A DNA stretch of 32,000 nucleotides from NCBI RefSeq assembly GCF_000146505.1, contig NC_017448.1, forward strand, positions 1,500,001-1,532,000, written 5' to 3'. The first letter of the stretch is position 1. Each line of letters starts with the position of its first letter. Under the pieces are notes generated by a model that saw nothing but the letters and a program-made list of their open reading frames with translations, was not told the DNA's origin and did no database searches. Positions 11,239 to 18,979 of this stretch are shown here, piece by piece. The translations under genes and the position numbers were made by a program. This DNA is from Fibrobacter succinogenes subsp. succinogenes S85 (lineage in GTDB: Bacteria; Fibrobacterota; Fibrobacteria; Fibrobacterales; Fibrobacteraceae).

Positions 11239-11267
11239 GCACATGTGCAAAGACGAAAGACGAAAGA
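11239..11267 (+). repeat. GCACATGTGC palindrome followed by heptamer repeats AGACGAA AGACGAA AGA
   Basis: Read directly from the sequence. It lies in the secDF upstream region, just after the GH13 terminator. Confidence 0.7.
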
Positions 11268-11287
11268 TTAGCACCTTGAAAGCCTCG

Positions 11288-11316
11288 TATTATTATAAAA
11301 GGGGGAAGAATCCCCC
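11288..11316 (-). terminator. Rho-independent terminator of the GH13 gene
   Basis: The minus strand reads GGGGGATTCTTCCCCC followed by TTTTATAATAAT. Confidence 0.75.
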
Positions 11317-11388
11317 TGATTGCAGCCCCTACGGGTCTTCCATCACCCCTTCACTACGGGCTTCAAACGCCAGCCCGTAACGCCCGGC

Positions 11389-12648
11389 TTATTTTATCTC
11401 AAACGTAGGGTCCGGCGTCGCCGGCGAAACCGCAAGCGTCAATTTCTTCTTGCCGAGGGTACGGACAATTTCTAGGCGGCCTGAACTATAAGCAATCTTG
11501 AGCGAGCCATCGCGCAGCACACGCTCCTTATTGCGGAGCGCAATCAAACCCTTTAAATAATCATAGACAGGCGCCTTCTGCATTTCCGGGAATTTATCCC
11601 ACGGGAATGCTCTGCGATTATCAGGATCCTTACCGCCCAACATGCCGATTTCTTCACCATAATATATACAGGGAGCACCCGGCAAAAAGAATAACAGCGC
11701 AAGCGCAAGCTTCACCCGCTGCAAATTTGAGCATGGAAGTGACGCCAAGCGAATCGTATCATGGCTCCCGAGCAAGTTCATCGGCACGCCAAAACGACCG
11801 TCCGGGAATGCATCTTGCAAGCGCCTTGCAAACTCGGCAAGTGCAATCGACTTTTCATCAAAGAGGTACGCAAGCACCGCCTTACGCAAGGGGTAATTCA
11901 TCACGCCGTCAAACTGGTCCCCCTGCAACCAGCGCGAAGGCTCGTCCCAAATTTCACCGACAATATACGCCTCCGGGTTAATTGCCTTGATGCGGCGGCG
12001 GAATTCCTGCCAAAAGCTATCGTCATCAATTTCGTTCGGAACATCGAGGCGCCAGCCGTCAATGCCGCGCTTCATCCAGTACTCGCCCACCGAGAAAAGG
12101 TAATCACGAACATCGGGATTGTCGGTATTAAACTTCGGGAGTGCAGGATACCCCCACCAGCAATCGTAATTGGGCTTGCCCGAATATGCATGGAGCGGCC
12201 AGCCATGCACATGGAACCAGTCCACGTACGGGGAATTCTTGCCGAGTTCCATCAAGCTGTTGAACTGGAAAAATCCGCGCGAGCAATGGTTGAACACGCC
12301 ATCCAGAATCACACGAAGTCCAAGCTTGTGCGCTTTCTTGACAAGCTTGTCAAAATCCTTGAGCGTCCCTAAAACCGGGTCAATTTCAAAATAGTCAACC
12401 GTATGGTAGCGGTGATTCGAGTTGCTCTTGAAAATCGGGCAAAGGTAAATGGCATTCACGCCAAGCGATGCAATGTATTCAAGCTTTTCGCTAATGCCCG
12501 CAAGATTTCCGCCAAACATGTTTTCACGGGTTGGGAGCGAATCCCAATCCACAAACTTTCCGACCGCCTTGTACTTTGCACTACGGCAAAAGCGGTCCGG
12601 AAAAATCTGATAGAAAACAGCGTCCTTGGTCCAATTGGGAAATGTCAT
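11389..12648 (-). CDS. Glycoside hydrolase family 13 alpha-glucan hydrolase (neopullulanase/alpha-amylase-like catalytic core)
   Basis: 419 aa with the GH13 conserved regions: DAVFYQIFPDRF, LRVILDGVFNH, GWRLDVPNEI, YIVGEIW, LLGSHDT. No signal peptide. Confidence 0.9.
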   Translation of the reverse strand: MTFPNWTKDAVFYQIFPDRFCRSAKYKAVGKFVDWDSLPTRENMFGGNLAGISEKLEYIASLGVNAIYLCPIFKSNSNHRYHTVDYFEIDPVLGTLKDFDKLVKKAHKLGLRVILDGVFNHCSRGFFQFNSLMELGKNSPYVDWFHVHGWPLHAYSGKPNYDCWWGYPALPKFNTDNPDVRDYLFSVGEYWMKRGIDGWRLDVPNEIDDDSFWQEFRRRIKAINPEAYIVGEIWDEPSRWLQGDQFDGVMNYPLRKAVLAYLFDEKSIALAEFARRLQDAFPDGRFGVPMNLLGSHDTIRLASLPCSNLQRVKLALALLFFLPGAPCIYYGEEIGMLGGKDPDNRRAFPWDKFPEMQKAPVYDYLKGLIALRNKERVLRDGSLKIAYSSGRLEIVRTLGKKKLTLAVSPATPDPTFEIK

Positions 12649-12658
12649 AGGAATTGTA

Positions 12659-12710
12659 AGAACTTAGAACTTAGTTGGCAGAACTTAGAATACTGCATTT
12701 TCTAAGTTCT
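12659..12710. repeat. AGAACTT heptamer array containing an 11-bp perfect inverted repeat
   Basis: AGAACTT AGAACTT AGTTGGC AGAACTT AGAATAC. The inverted repeat is AGAACTTAGAA (12680-12690) / TTCTAAGTTCT (12700-12710) with a 9-nt spacer. It sits in the 90-nt gap between the malQ stop and the GH13 start. Confidence 0.75.
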
Positions 12711-12738
12711 AAGAGCGAAGCGGTCTAAGATCTACCAA

Positions 12739-14712
12739 CTATATTTTCCAGAGAGCACGGGACTTACGTTCTTCGACAAGTTTGCTAATCTCCGAAATCA
12801 AGCCCGCATTGGCAAGCAAGTCCTCGACACTGCACGGTGTGCGATATGTCCAGTTCTTGCCACCGACCGTTCCCGGAATGTTGACGCGTTCTTCCTTCGG
12901 GTCGCAATCAGAAAGCGAAGCCGAAAGTGCAAAGTAGTCCTGGATTGGCGGTATGCAGAACAAACTATTTGCAGTAAACACATGCGACAAGATATCGTGC
13001 ACCACCGGCGGCGTAAGCTTTTCAGGGGCAACACCCGGCAAACCGGCGTGAGACCAGTAGAAGCCCTTGTCAAAGTCAGGTTCTTCCCACATACCGCGGA
13101 GCGTCGAAGTATCGTGGCAGCTCGTCGTGCAAACGGAAAGACGCGGGTATTCGTCCATGCTGTAGTACGGAGAATACGGAACATTCCAGTTGCGGGCCCA
13201 GCGTTCAATGCGCAGCGACATGATATCGAGCTTCTTGAGCACAGTCGGCACGCACGGCGGCACGGCGCCAAGGTCTTCGGCACAAACGAGCATATCCGTT
13301 TCGTTGGCGAGTACAGACAAAAGCTTCATGGCATTCTGTTCCCAGAGAGCATTCTGAGCCTGTTCGTTCTGGCCAATCAAATCGTGGAGTTTATCTTGTT
13401 CATTCTGCGGAAGCGTAAAGAGCACCGGCTGGTTGTACCAGTACCAGTACGGGTAGAACGTATTTTCGTCACCCGTCGGGATAAATACGCGGTTCCAGTA
13501 AACGCGGAGCATGGAATCCTTGACTTCTTGCGGTTCGTCAAGCGAAAGAATTGCGCGTTCCGACAAGTATTCCGGCTTAATGACAAAGCGGTCGAACTTT
13601 CCCGGCAAATTTTCAAAATACAGAGAGATAAGCCTGTCCGTTTCGCTGCCGAGGAATTCGCGCAACTGGTCCACAGAGAAGTTCGGACGACGCAAATATT
13701 CAAGCGTTTCACGGTAGAACCCCGCATTGCGGAGCACATCCCATGTAAGCGGAATGGACGGCTGGAAGCGGCCCAAGATACCCGTTGATTCAGATTCAGG
13801 AATTGCCCAAATGCGGAAGAATCCGAGCACGTGGTCAATGCGGTAGGCGTGATAGAACTTGCTAGCCTGAGCCAAACGGCGGCGCCACCAGCCGAAGTCA
13901 TCGGCTTCAAGTACGTCCCAACGGTAAGTCGGGAAACCCCAGTTCTGGCCACCGTAGCTAAACATGTCAGGAGGCGCACCAGCGCGGTCGGCAAGCGAGA
14001 AGTACTTGCGGTCAAACCACACGTCGGCACTGTCTTCGTTGATGAGGATAGGCACGTCGCCCTTCAAGCGGAGCCCGAGTTTGGAGACTTCGTTCACGGC
14101 GGCGGTAAACTGGCCTTCGGCAGTGTACTGCATCCAAGCCTGGAACAGCACGTCCCTGTAGTTCTTCATCCAAAGCTTGTCGACATCGGCAGCGGAGGGG
14201 TTCTGGAACTTTTTCCAGTCCTTCCAGCTAGCTTCGTTGTTCTGAGCCTTGAGCGTGCAGTAGACGCAATAGGACTTGACCCAGGAGTTTTTGTCAATCC
14301 AGGCCAGGAGCTTCTTTGAAGATTTCAGGACATCATACTGGTTATCAAAAATCTTGCGGAGGATGGCGCGCTTCCACGTGGTAATGCGGTAATAATCAAC
14401 TCGTTCAATACCAGCAAACTGCGCACGAGCCTTTTCGATTTCATGTTCGAGGACGGTAGCGCCTTCGACGGACTGCACGTTGATGAACACCGGGTTCAAG
14501 GCAAATGCGCTGCGGGCACTGTAAGGACTCGGCTCGGAGCCGGTATCGTTTACAGGCAAAAGCTGAATGATATTGAATCCGCAGAACTTGGCCCACTGGG
14601 CGAACGGAATCAAGTCCAGGAATTCGCCAATGCCAATGCTGTGCTTGCTGTGAAGACTGAAAAGGGGAACGGCTACGCCGGTTTGAAAGGAAGTTAAATC
14701 ACCATATCGCAT
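12739..14712 (-). CDS. malQ: 4-alpha-glucanotransferase (amylomaltase, GH77)
   Basis: 657 aa with GH77 signatures: GVAVPLFSLHS, LLPVNDTG, YRIDHVLGFFRIW, CAEDLGAVP, TSCHDTSTLRGMW. Confidence 0.92.
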   Translation of the reverse strand: MRYGDLTSFQTGVAVPLFSLHSKHSIGIGEFLDLIPFAQWAKFCGFNIIQLLPVNDTGSEPSPYSARSAFALNPVFINVQSVEGATVLEHEIEKARAQFAGIERVDYYRITTWKRAILRKIFDNQYDVLKSSKKLLAWIDKNSWVKSYCVYCTLKAQNNEASWKDWKKFQNPSAADVDKLWMKNYRDVLFQAWMQYTAEGQFTAAVNEVSKLGLRLKGDVPILINEDSADVWFDRKYFSLADRAGAPPDMFSYGGQNWGFPTYRWDVLEADDFGWWRRRLAQASKFYHAYRIDHVLGFFRIWAIPESESTGILGRFQPSIPLTWDVLRNAGFYRETLEYLRRPNFSVDQLREFLGSETDRLISLYFENLPGKFDRFVIKPEYLSERAILSLDEPQEVKDSMLRVYWNRVFIPTGDENTFYPYWYWYNQPVLFTLPQNEQDKLHDLIGQNEQAQNALWEQNAMKLLSVLANETDMLVCAEDLGAVPPCVPTVLKKLDIMSLRIERWARNWNVPYSPYYSMDEYPRLSVCTTSCHDTSTLRGMWEEPDFDKGFYWSHAGLPGVAPEKLTPPVVHDILSHVFTANSLFCIPPIQDYFALSASLSDCDPKEERVNIPGTVGGKNWTYRTPCSVEDLLANAGLISEISKLVEERKSRALWKI

Positions 14713-14764
14713 GCTTCAAATATAACTCTAATTTTGTAAAAGAATCTTTTAAATTGCTAGCAAA

Positions 14765-14790
14765 TAAAAAAAGGCTCGGAAACCCGAGAC
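14765..14790 (-). terminator. Terminator of micro-gene unit 1
   Basis: The minus strand reads GGTCTCGGGTTTCCGAGCC (an imperfect stem) followed by TTTTTTTATTTG. Confidence 0.55.
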
Positions 14791-14821
14791 CAATTCTTAT
14801 TCTTAATCGTTCTTTATAGAA

Positions 14822-14885
14822 TTAGGCACGCTTAGCGTACTTCTTAAAGCTCTTTAATCAAGAGGGCGGCGAGAATGCAGTACAT
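14822..14885 (-). pseudogene. Micro-ORF unit 1: a frameshifted paralogue of the 20-aa peptide gene, reading MYCILAALLIKEL* as sequenced
   Basis: ATG at 14885 with AAGGAG 8 nt upstream. One extra T in the run 14853-14855 relative to unit 2 gives a stop at 14844-14846. Removing it restores ...KSFKKYAKRA* ending at 14822. Confidence 0.45.
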
Positions 14886-14915
14886 TATTTTGACTCCTTG
14901 TTTTTGACGGCGCCA

Positions 14916-14944
14916 ATATTAACAAAGTTTTACTAACACGTCAA
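14916..14944 (-). promoter_or_regulatory. Promoter of micro-gene unit 1
   Basis: The minus strand reads TTGACG, a 17-nt spacer, then TAATAT. The latter can also be read as TAATATTGG, an FCB-type -7 box. Confidence 0.5.
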
Positions 14945-15030
14945 GGTATTTTAGTATATATTTCGGCAACTTTTTTGGACATTTCGTCCATAACAAAATT
15001 CGGCGCCGACCTTGAACGATTTAAGCCCCT

Positions 15031-15061
15031 AAAAAAAGCAAAGCCACGGAAATTCCGTGGC
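15031..15061 (-). terminator. Terminator of micro-gene unit 2
   Basis: The minus strand reads GCCACGGAATTTCCGTGGC followed by TTTGCTTTTTTT. Confidence 0.75.
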
Positions 15062-15100
15062 GTCGCGTTCGTTAGTTGGAGAGAGAAAAATCTTTTTCGA

Positions 15101-15163
15101 TTAAGCACGCTTTGCGTATTTCTTAAAGCTCTTAATCAAGAGGGCGGCGAGAATGCAGTACAT
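15101..15163 (-). CDS. Micro-ORF unit 2: 20-aa hydrophobic-cationic peptide MYCILAALLIKSFKKYAKRA
   Basis: ATG at 15163 with AAGGAG 8 nt upstream. It has its own promoter and terminator. It is paralogous to unit 1, and only synonymous differences occur in the tail codons. It is absent from the ORF track because of its size. Confidence 0.55.
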   Translation of the reverse strand: MYCILAALLIKSFKKYAKRA

Positions 15164-15193
15164 TGTTTAGACTCCTTGTTTTTGACGGCGCCA

Positions 15194-15222
15194 ATGATAA
15201 TAATTTTTTACTAACGTTTCAA
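15194..15222 (-). promoter_or_regulatory. Promoter of micro-gene unit 2
   Basis: The minus strand reads TTGAAA, a 17-nt spacer, then TATCAT. It sits in the same register relative to the conserved leader GGCGCCGTCAAAAAC as in unit 1. Confidence 0.5.
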
Positions 15223-15381
15223 GGGTGAAAAATATAGATTTCGCGAAAATTTTTCGAAACCGTTTTTAGGACTGTTACACCCGCAAAATTGGGCCTCGCC
15301 CTGCACCCAAATAACACAATTCTTGCGATTGTTCTATATATATTGCAATCTCCGGGGTGGAAATTTGGTAAATTATGGGCT

Positions 15382-17205
15382 ATGAAACGATTTTTGCTTT
15401 TATGTCTCGGTTTAACAGCATTTGTAAACGCAAAGCCATCTCTTCAAGTCGATAGCGACCGCATCGAAGCGGGTCAGACATTCAATTTGCAGTTCATCGT
15501 TCCGATTCAGGAACTGCCGCAGAACAGAGGCGCGCTCCGCCTCGAAACACGCAATAACTTTAAGTTCCTCGGGCTCGACAGTGCCGACCAGGTGATGCGC
15601 CCGGACATGGACGATATTTTCAACTCGTTTTTCGGCGGTGGCGGAAGAGCCTACAAAGCCCGCGTCTATTCTTTCAAGATTAAAGCCCCGAAAAAGACCG
15701 GTACACAAGACCTCGGAACGCTTACCTGGATGATTGGCGGCGAAGCCAACACCATCAGTAGCAAAATCCCGGTCAGCGTGCAGCGTTCCTATAACGACGA
15801 CGCACTCGCCGTAAGCCTTACCCCGAGCAAAAAGTCCATTTACGAAGGTGAACAGTTCAGCGTCACCCTCAGCCTCCACACTTTTGAGCATTTCCAGGGC
15901 GGCCTCCAGGCTACCGACATGAGCACCGGCAACGATTTCATCGTCCACCGTAATGACCTCTCAAATCTGGATTTCAAGCCAGTCGAAGGCGCCCGTCGCG
16001 AAATGAAGGCATCCGCCAAATACGCTTGGCTCAGCCCGACCAAGAGCGGAACACTCCAAATTCCGTCTTTCAAGTTCAAGTACACCAAGCTCGGTGAACC
16101 CAAAGTCGTCGAAGAAAAGAAGCAAATGGGCGGCATGTCATTCTCCAGCCGTAGCGTAAAGCAGGAATCCATCGAAACGGAAACCTCCACCGCTCCGCTT
16201 TCCATTACCGTTCTCCCACTCCCGACCGAAGGCAAGCCTGCCGATTTCTCGGGAATGGTCGGTAACTACAGCTTTAGTGCCAACTTTGACCGCACAAATC
16301 TCAAGGTCGGCGAAGCATTGACTCTTGCGATTAGCATCAAGGGCGATGGCACTCCAGGAACCATCACGGACCCGAAACTCCCCGACTTTAGTGAATTCCG
16401 CTCCGTCCCGCCCGAAAACAGCATCAACAAGAAGGTCAAGGGCAACAAGGTCATTACCTCAAAGGATATCAAGGTTTTCCTCTACCCGAAGAAAAAGGGA
16501 ACTTTCGAAATCCCGGCCATTACCTATTCCTGGTTCAACCCGGCTAAAAAGAAGTACGAAACCGCTTCGGCAGGCCCGTGGACTATTGAAGTTGAAAAGA
16601 GCGATGCCCCCGCAGAACCCGTTTACCAAGCTCCGGTTTCCGCAGGCACTGGCACCTCGGCTCCTGTCGTTCAAAAGCAAGAAATTGAATTCCTAGGCAG
16701 CGACATCCGCTTTATCCACCCGATTACAGACAAGTCCGAAACGGCAGCCCCGCACAGGAGCGTATTGTTCTGGATTCTCTTTGCTGCGGCAATTCCGTTC
16801 TACCTGATTGTGAACTTCGCCATCACACGCAAGCGTAAGCGCAACAGCAACACAGCTCTCGTCCGCAAGGGCAAGGCAAACAAGCTCCTCAAGGAAAAAT
16901 TCGCAAACGCCCGCACAGCCCTCAAGAACGGTGACGGCAAGGCTTTCTTTGCAGCACTAGAAAATGGACTTATCGATTACCTCAGCAATTTGACGAACGT
17001 CGAATTCAAGGGCATGACCCGCCCGCAAATGAAGCAGGAACTTTCAAAGCGCGGCGTCAAGGAAGAAACGATTGAAGCCATCAACAGTTGGCTTGAAAAA
17101 TGCTCGTTTGTGCGTTTTGCTCCGGTCACTGCATCGACCGAAGAACAGTCCCAAATGCTCGCAGATGTCGAAAAGCTCTGCGAAAGCCTCGAAAAACTCA
17201 AGTAG
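15382..17205 (+). CDS. batD: BatD-family (oxygen-tolerance) protein
   Basis: 607 aa from ATG 15382 (MKRFLLLCLGLTAFVNA, a signal peptide). It has repeated Ig-like modules, the hallmark LPLPTEGKPADFSGMVGNYSF...GEALTLAISIKGDGTPG, and a C-terminal TM helix plus cytoplasmic tail. Confidence 0.75.
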   Translation: MKRFLLLCLGLTAFVNAKPSLQVDSDRIEAGQTFNLQFIVPIQELPQNRGALRLETRNNFKFLGLDSADQVMRPDMDDIFNSFFGGGGRAYKARVYSFKIKAPKKTGTQDLGTLTWMIGGEANTISSKIPVSVQRSYNDDALAVSLTPSKKSIYEGEQFSVTLSLHTFEHFQGGLQATDMSTGNDFIVHRNDLSNLDFKPVEGARREMKASAKYAWLSPTKSGTLQIPSFKFKYTKLGEPKVVEEKKQMGGMSFSSRSVKQESIETETSTAPLSITVLPLPTEGKPADFSGMVGNYSFSANFDRTNLKVGEALTLAISIKGDGTPGTITDPKLPDFSEFRSVPPENSINKKVKGNKVITSKDIKVFLYPKKKGTFEIPAITYSWFNPAKKKYETASAGPWTIEVEKSDAPAEPVYQAPVSAGTGTSAPVVQKQEIEFLGSDIRFIHPITDKSETAAPHRSVLFWILFAAAIPFYLIVNFAITRKRKRNSNTALVRKGKANKLLKEKFANARTALKNGDGKAFFAALENGLIDYLSNLTNVEFKGMTRPQMKQELSKRGVKEETIEAINSWLEKCSFVRFAPVTASTEEQSQMLADVEKLCESLEKLK

Positions 17206-17218
17206 CGTCGGTAAAAAC

Positions 17219-17989
17219 ATGAAGAACTTTAAGCAGATTATTTTGACAATCGCCGCAGCGCTCATCCTCACCTCCGCAGCAAGCGCTGCCGACAAATGCA
17301 ACGGTCTCGATGCCGGCACAAAGGCATATAACGAAAACGATTTTGAACGTGCCATTGACGAATGGCGCACATGCGTTGACGAAGGCATCGTCAATGCGGA
17401 CCTCTATTACAACCTGGGTAACGCCTATTACCGCAGCGGGAAACTCGGCTTTGCTATTTTCTACTACAAGTCAGCACTCCGTTTGCACCCAAGCGATGAC
17501 GACATCCAGCACAACCTGAATTTCGCGCAGACTAAGACCCGCGACAAGGAAGGCGACGAAGAAGAGAACCCGATTCTCGAAGGTTTGATGGACTTGCACC
17601 ACGCGCTTTCGCTCAAGAGCCAGATGAACATTTCGCTCGTACTCTTCTGGGCAATTGCACTCGTGATTCTCGCCCGCCGTTTCGTGAACGGCAGCCGAGG
17701 CAAGAACGTCTGCACAGGAGTCGTATTCGGCATGAGCGTTATCCTCTGCACAATTGGCGCAAGCGCTCTCTACAAGATGTACACGCTCGAAACGGACATC
17801 ACGGGCGTCGTGACAGCCTCAAGCGCCGACGTGACAAGCGCCCCGAGCGACAAATCTCAAACGCTCAACACGCTCTCCGAAGGCACAAGCTTTGAAGTCA
17901 TCGGTGAACAAGGCAACTTTGCAGAAATCCGCCTCGGCGAAAAAATCCGCGGATTCGTCAAACTCAGCGAAGTCGGGATTGTGAAGTAA
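17219..17989 (+). CDS. BatE-like TPR plus SH3b-domain membrane protein
   Basis: 256 aa from ATG 17219 (MKNFKQIILTIAAALILTSAASA), 13 nt after batD. It has TPR repeats (YYNLGNAYYRSGKLGFAIFYYKSALRL), a TM segment and a C-terminal SH3b-like segment (FEVIGEQGNFAEIRLGEKIRGFVKLSEV). Confidence 0.7.
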   Translation: MKNFKQIILTIAAALILTSAASAADKCNGLDAGTKAYNENDFERAIDEWRTCVDEGIVNADLYYNLGNAYYRSGKLGFAIFYYKSALRLHPSDDDIQHNLNFAQTKTRDKEGDEEENPILEGLMDLHHALSLKSQMNISLVLFWAIALVILARRFVNGSRGKNVCTGVVFGMSVILCTIGASALYKMYTLETDITGVVTASSADVTSAPSDKSQTLNTLSEGTSFEVIGEQGNFAEIRLGEKIRGFVKLSEVGIVK

Positions 17990-17990
17990 T
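17885..17990 (+). repeat. Direct repeat A (the last 34 codons plus stop of the batE-like gene)
   Basis: 97/106 nt are identical, without gaps, to 18875-18980. The offset is exactly 990 bp. Confidence 0.9.
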
Positions 17991-18020
17991 GCGGCTCAGC
18001 CGCAGTAGGCAGAACTTAGA

Positions 18021-18821
18021 TTACAGCAAAGAATCGCTATACCATTCTCCAAAGTTTTTTACGGAAGGAATGCGACGTCCTTCATCTTCACATTTCCATA
18101 TTTCACTTCGGAAAAGCTTGCCTGTATAAGGAGGCATTTTTCCATCTTTTATAATTCCATCCGAATCTGCAATCAAAAAAATCGTTTCTATCACCCATGT
18201 GGACAAAATGCAGCCATTGCCACCTGGGTGTACTTCAACAAAGCTCATTTCATCATTTGTTAATTTATTCAGTATAACAAACAAAGGATCAGCCCCAACC
18301 TCAACAAGAACGGCATAGAATTTCACATTAGACGAAAACTTATTTTTTAAAAGTGGCGCAGTCTTGGGAAAACATTCTGCAATGCTCTCTTCAGAAATAG
18401 AGTTCAAAAAAATCATATCATCTTCTTCATCTAACCGAACCATAACATCGGCACATTTACTAGAAATACTATATGCATTTACCGCCAACACATGACTATC
18501 AAAACTTACGGAACTTTCGCCAGGCGCGGCAAACTGAGATATGTATTTTGAAAATGTTGGTTGATCAGTTCCCGCAGATGAAGAAATTGCACTTTCTGAT
18601 GATGACGAAGCCGTTTCAACAGACGATGAGGAAACATCATTTGTTGACGAACTAACAGGATTATCGGTTTCAGAATACGCAACATCCGAGGACGAACTTA
18701 TCAGCGAACTGGACGAAGTGCTCGTGAGAGTCGGAGCAAAATTTACGCTAGAATCTCCGTCATCGGAGCATGCGCAAAACATCAATGAAGTAATCAAAGA
18801 GACTATAGATAATCTTTTCAT
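18021..18821 (-). CDS. Hypothetical lipoprotein with a long Ser-rich linker (the cargo of the 990-bp insertion)
   Basis: 266 aa from ATG 18821. It has the lipobox LMFCAC and about 70 residues of Ser/Thr-rich low complexity, followed by a globular C-terminal domain of unknown family. It is AT-richer than its surroundings. Confidence 0.65.
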   Translation of the reverse strand: MKRLSIVSLITSLMFCACSDDGDSSVNFAPTLTSTSSSSLISSSSDVAYSETDNPVSSSTNDVSSSSVETASSSSESAISSSAGTDQPTFSKYISQFAAPGESSVSFDSHVLAVNAYSISSKCADVMVRLDEEDDMIFLNSISEESIAECFPKTAPLLKNKFSSNVKFYAVLVEVGADPLFVILNKLTNDEMSFVEVHPGGNGCILSTWVIETIFLIADSDGIIKDGKMPPYTGKLFRSEIWKCEDEGRRIPSVKNFGEWYSDSLL

Positions 18822-18874
18822 AAACACACTTCTCTCTCAAAAAAATGTTTATAACCTTTTATAAATATAAATAA

Positions 18875-18979
18875 ACAAGCTTCGAAGTCATCGGTGAACA
18901 AGGCAACTTTGCAGAAATCCGCCTCAGCGAAAAAAAACGCGGTTTTGTAAAGCTCAGCGAAGTCGGGATTGTAAAGTAA
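18875..18979 (+). pseudogene. Orphan 3' fragment of a batE-like gene (direct repeat B)
   Basis: It translates in frame to TSFEVIGEQGNFAEIRLSEKKRGFVKLSEVGIVK*, with a TAA stop immediately upstream and no start codon. It has 9 nt differences from copy A: 6 synonymous, and 3 that cause the 2 replacements. Confidence 0.8.

Noticed and set aside
14946-14993. A 16-codon minus-strand sORF (MDEMSKKVAEIYTKIP) between the two micro-gene units, noticed as a possible third degenerate unit because of a GGCGCC match.
   Set aside because: It has no SD, promoter or terminator, and no similarity to the MYCILAALL peptide. Its stop overlaps the -35 element of unit 1.
14975-15214. A 79-aa plus-strand ORF spanning micro-gene unit 2.
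   Set aside because: It runs antisense through a terminator, an SD and a promoter of the minus-strand unit, and has no SD of its own. Its frame is not preserved in the paralogous unit 1.
14822-15222. The two 123-bp repeats as a possible CRISPR array or IS terminal repeats.
   Set aside because: There are only two copies. They are direct and not inverted, much longer than CRISPR repeats, and each contains a promoter, SD, ORF and terminator. No cas or transposase genes are in the window.
17991-18003. GCGGCtcaGCCGC as a terminator for the convergent batE-like and 266-aa lipoprotein genes.
   Set aside because: The stem is only 5 bp and has no T-run on either side. I kept it only as part of the repeat-element observation.
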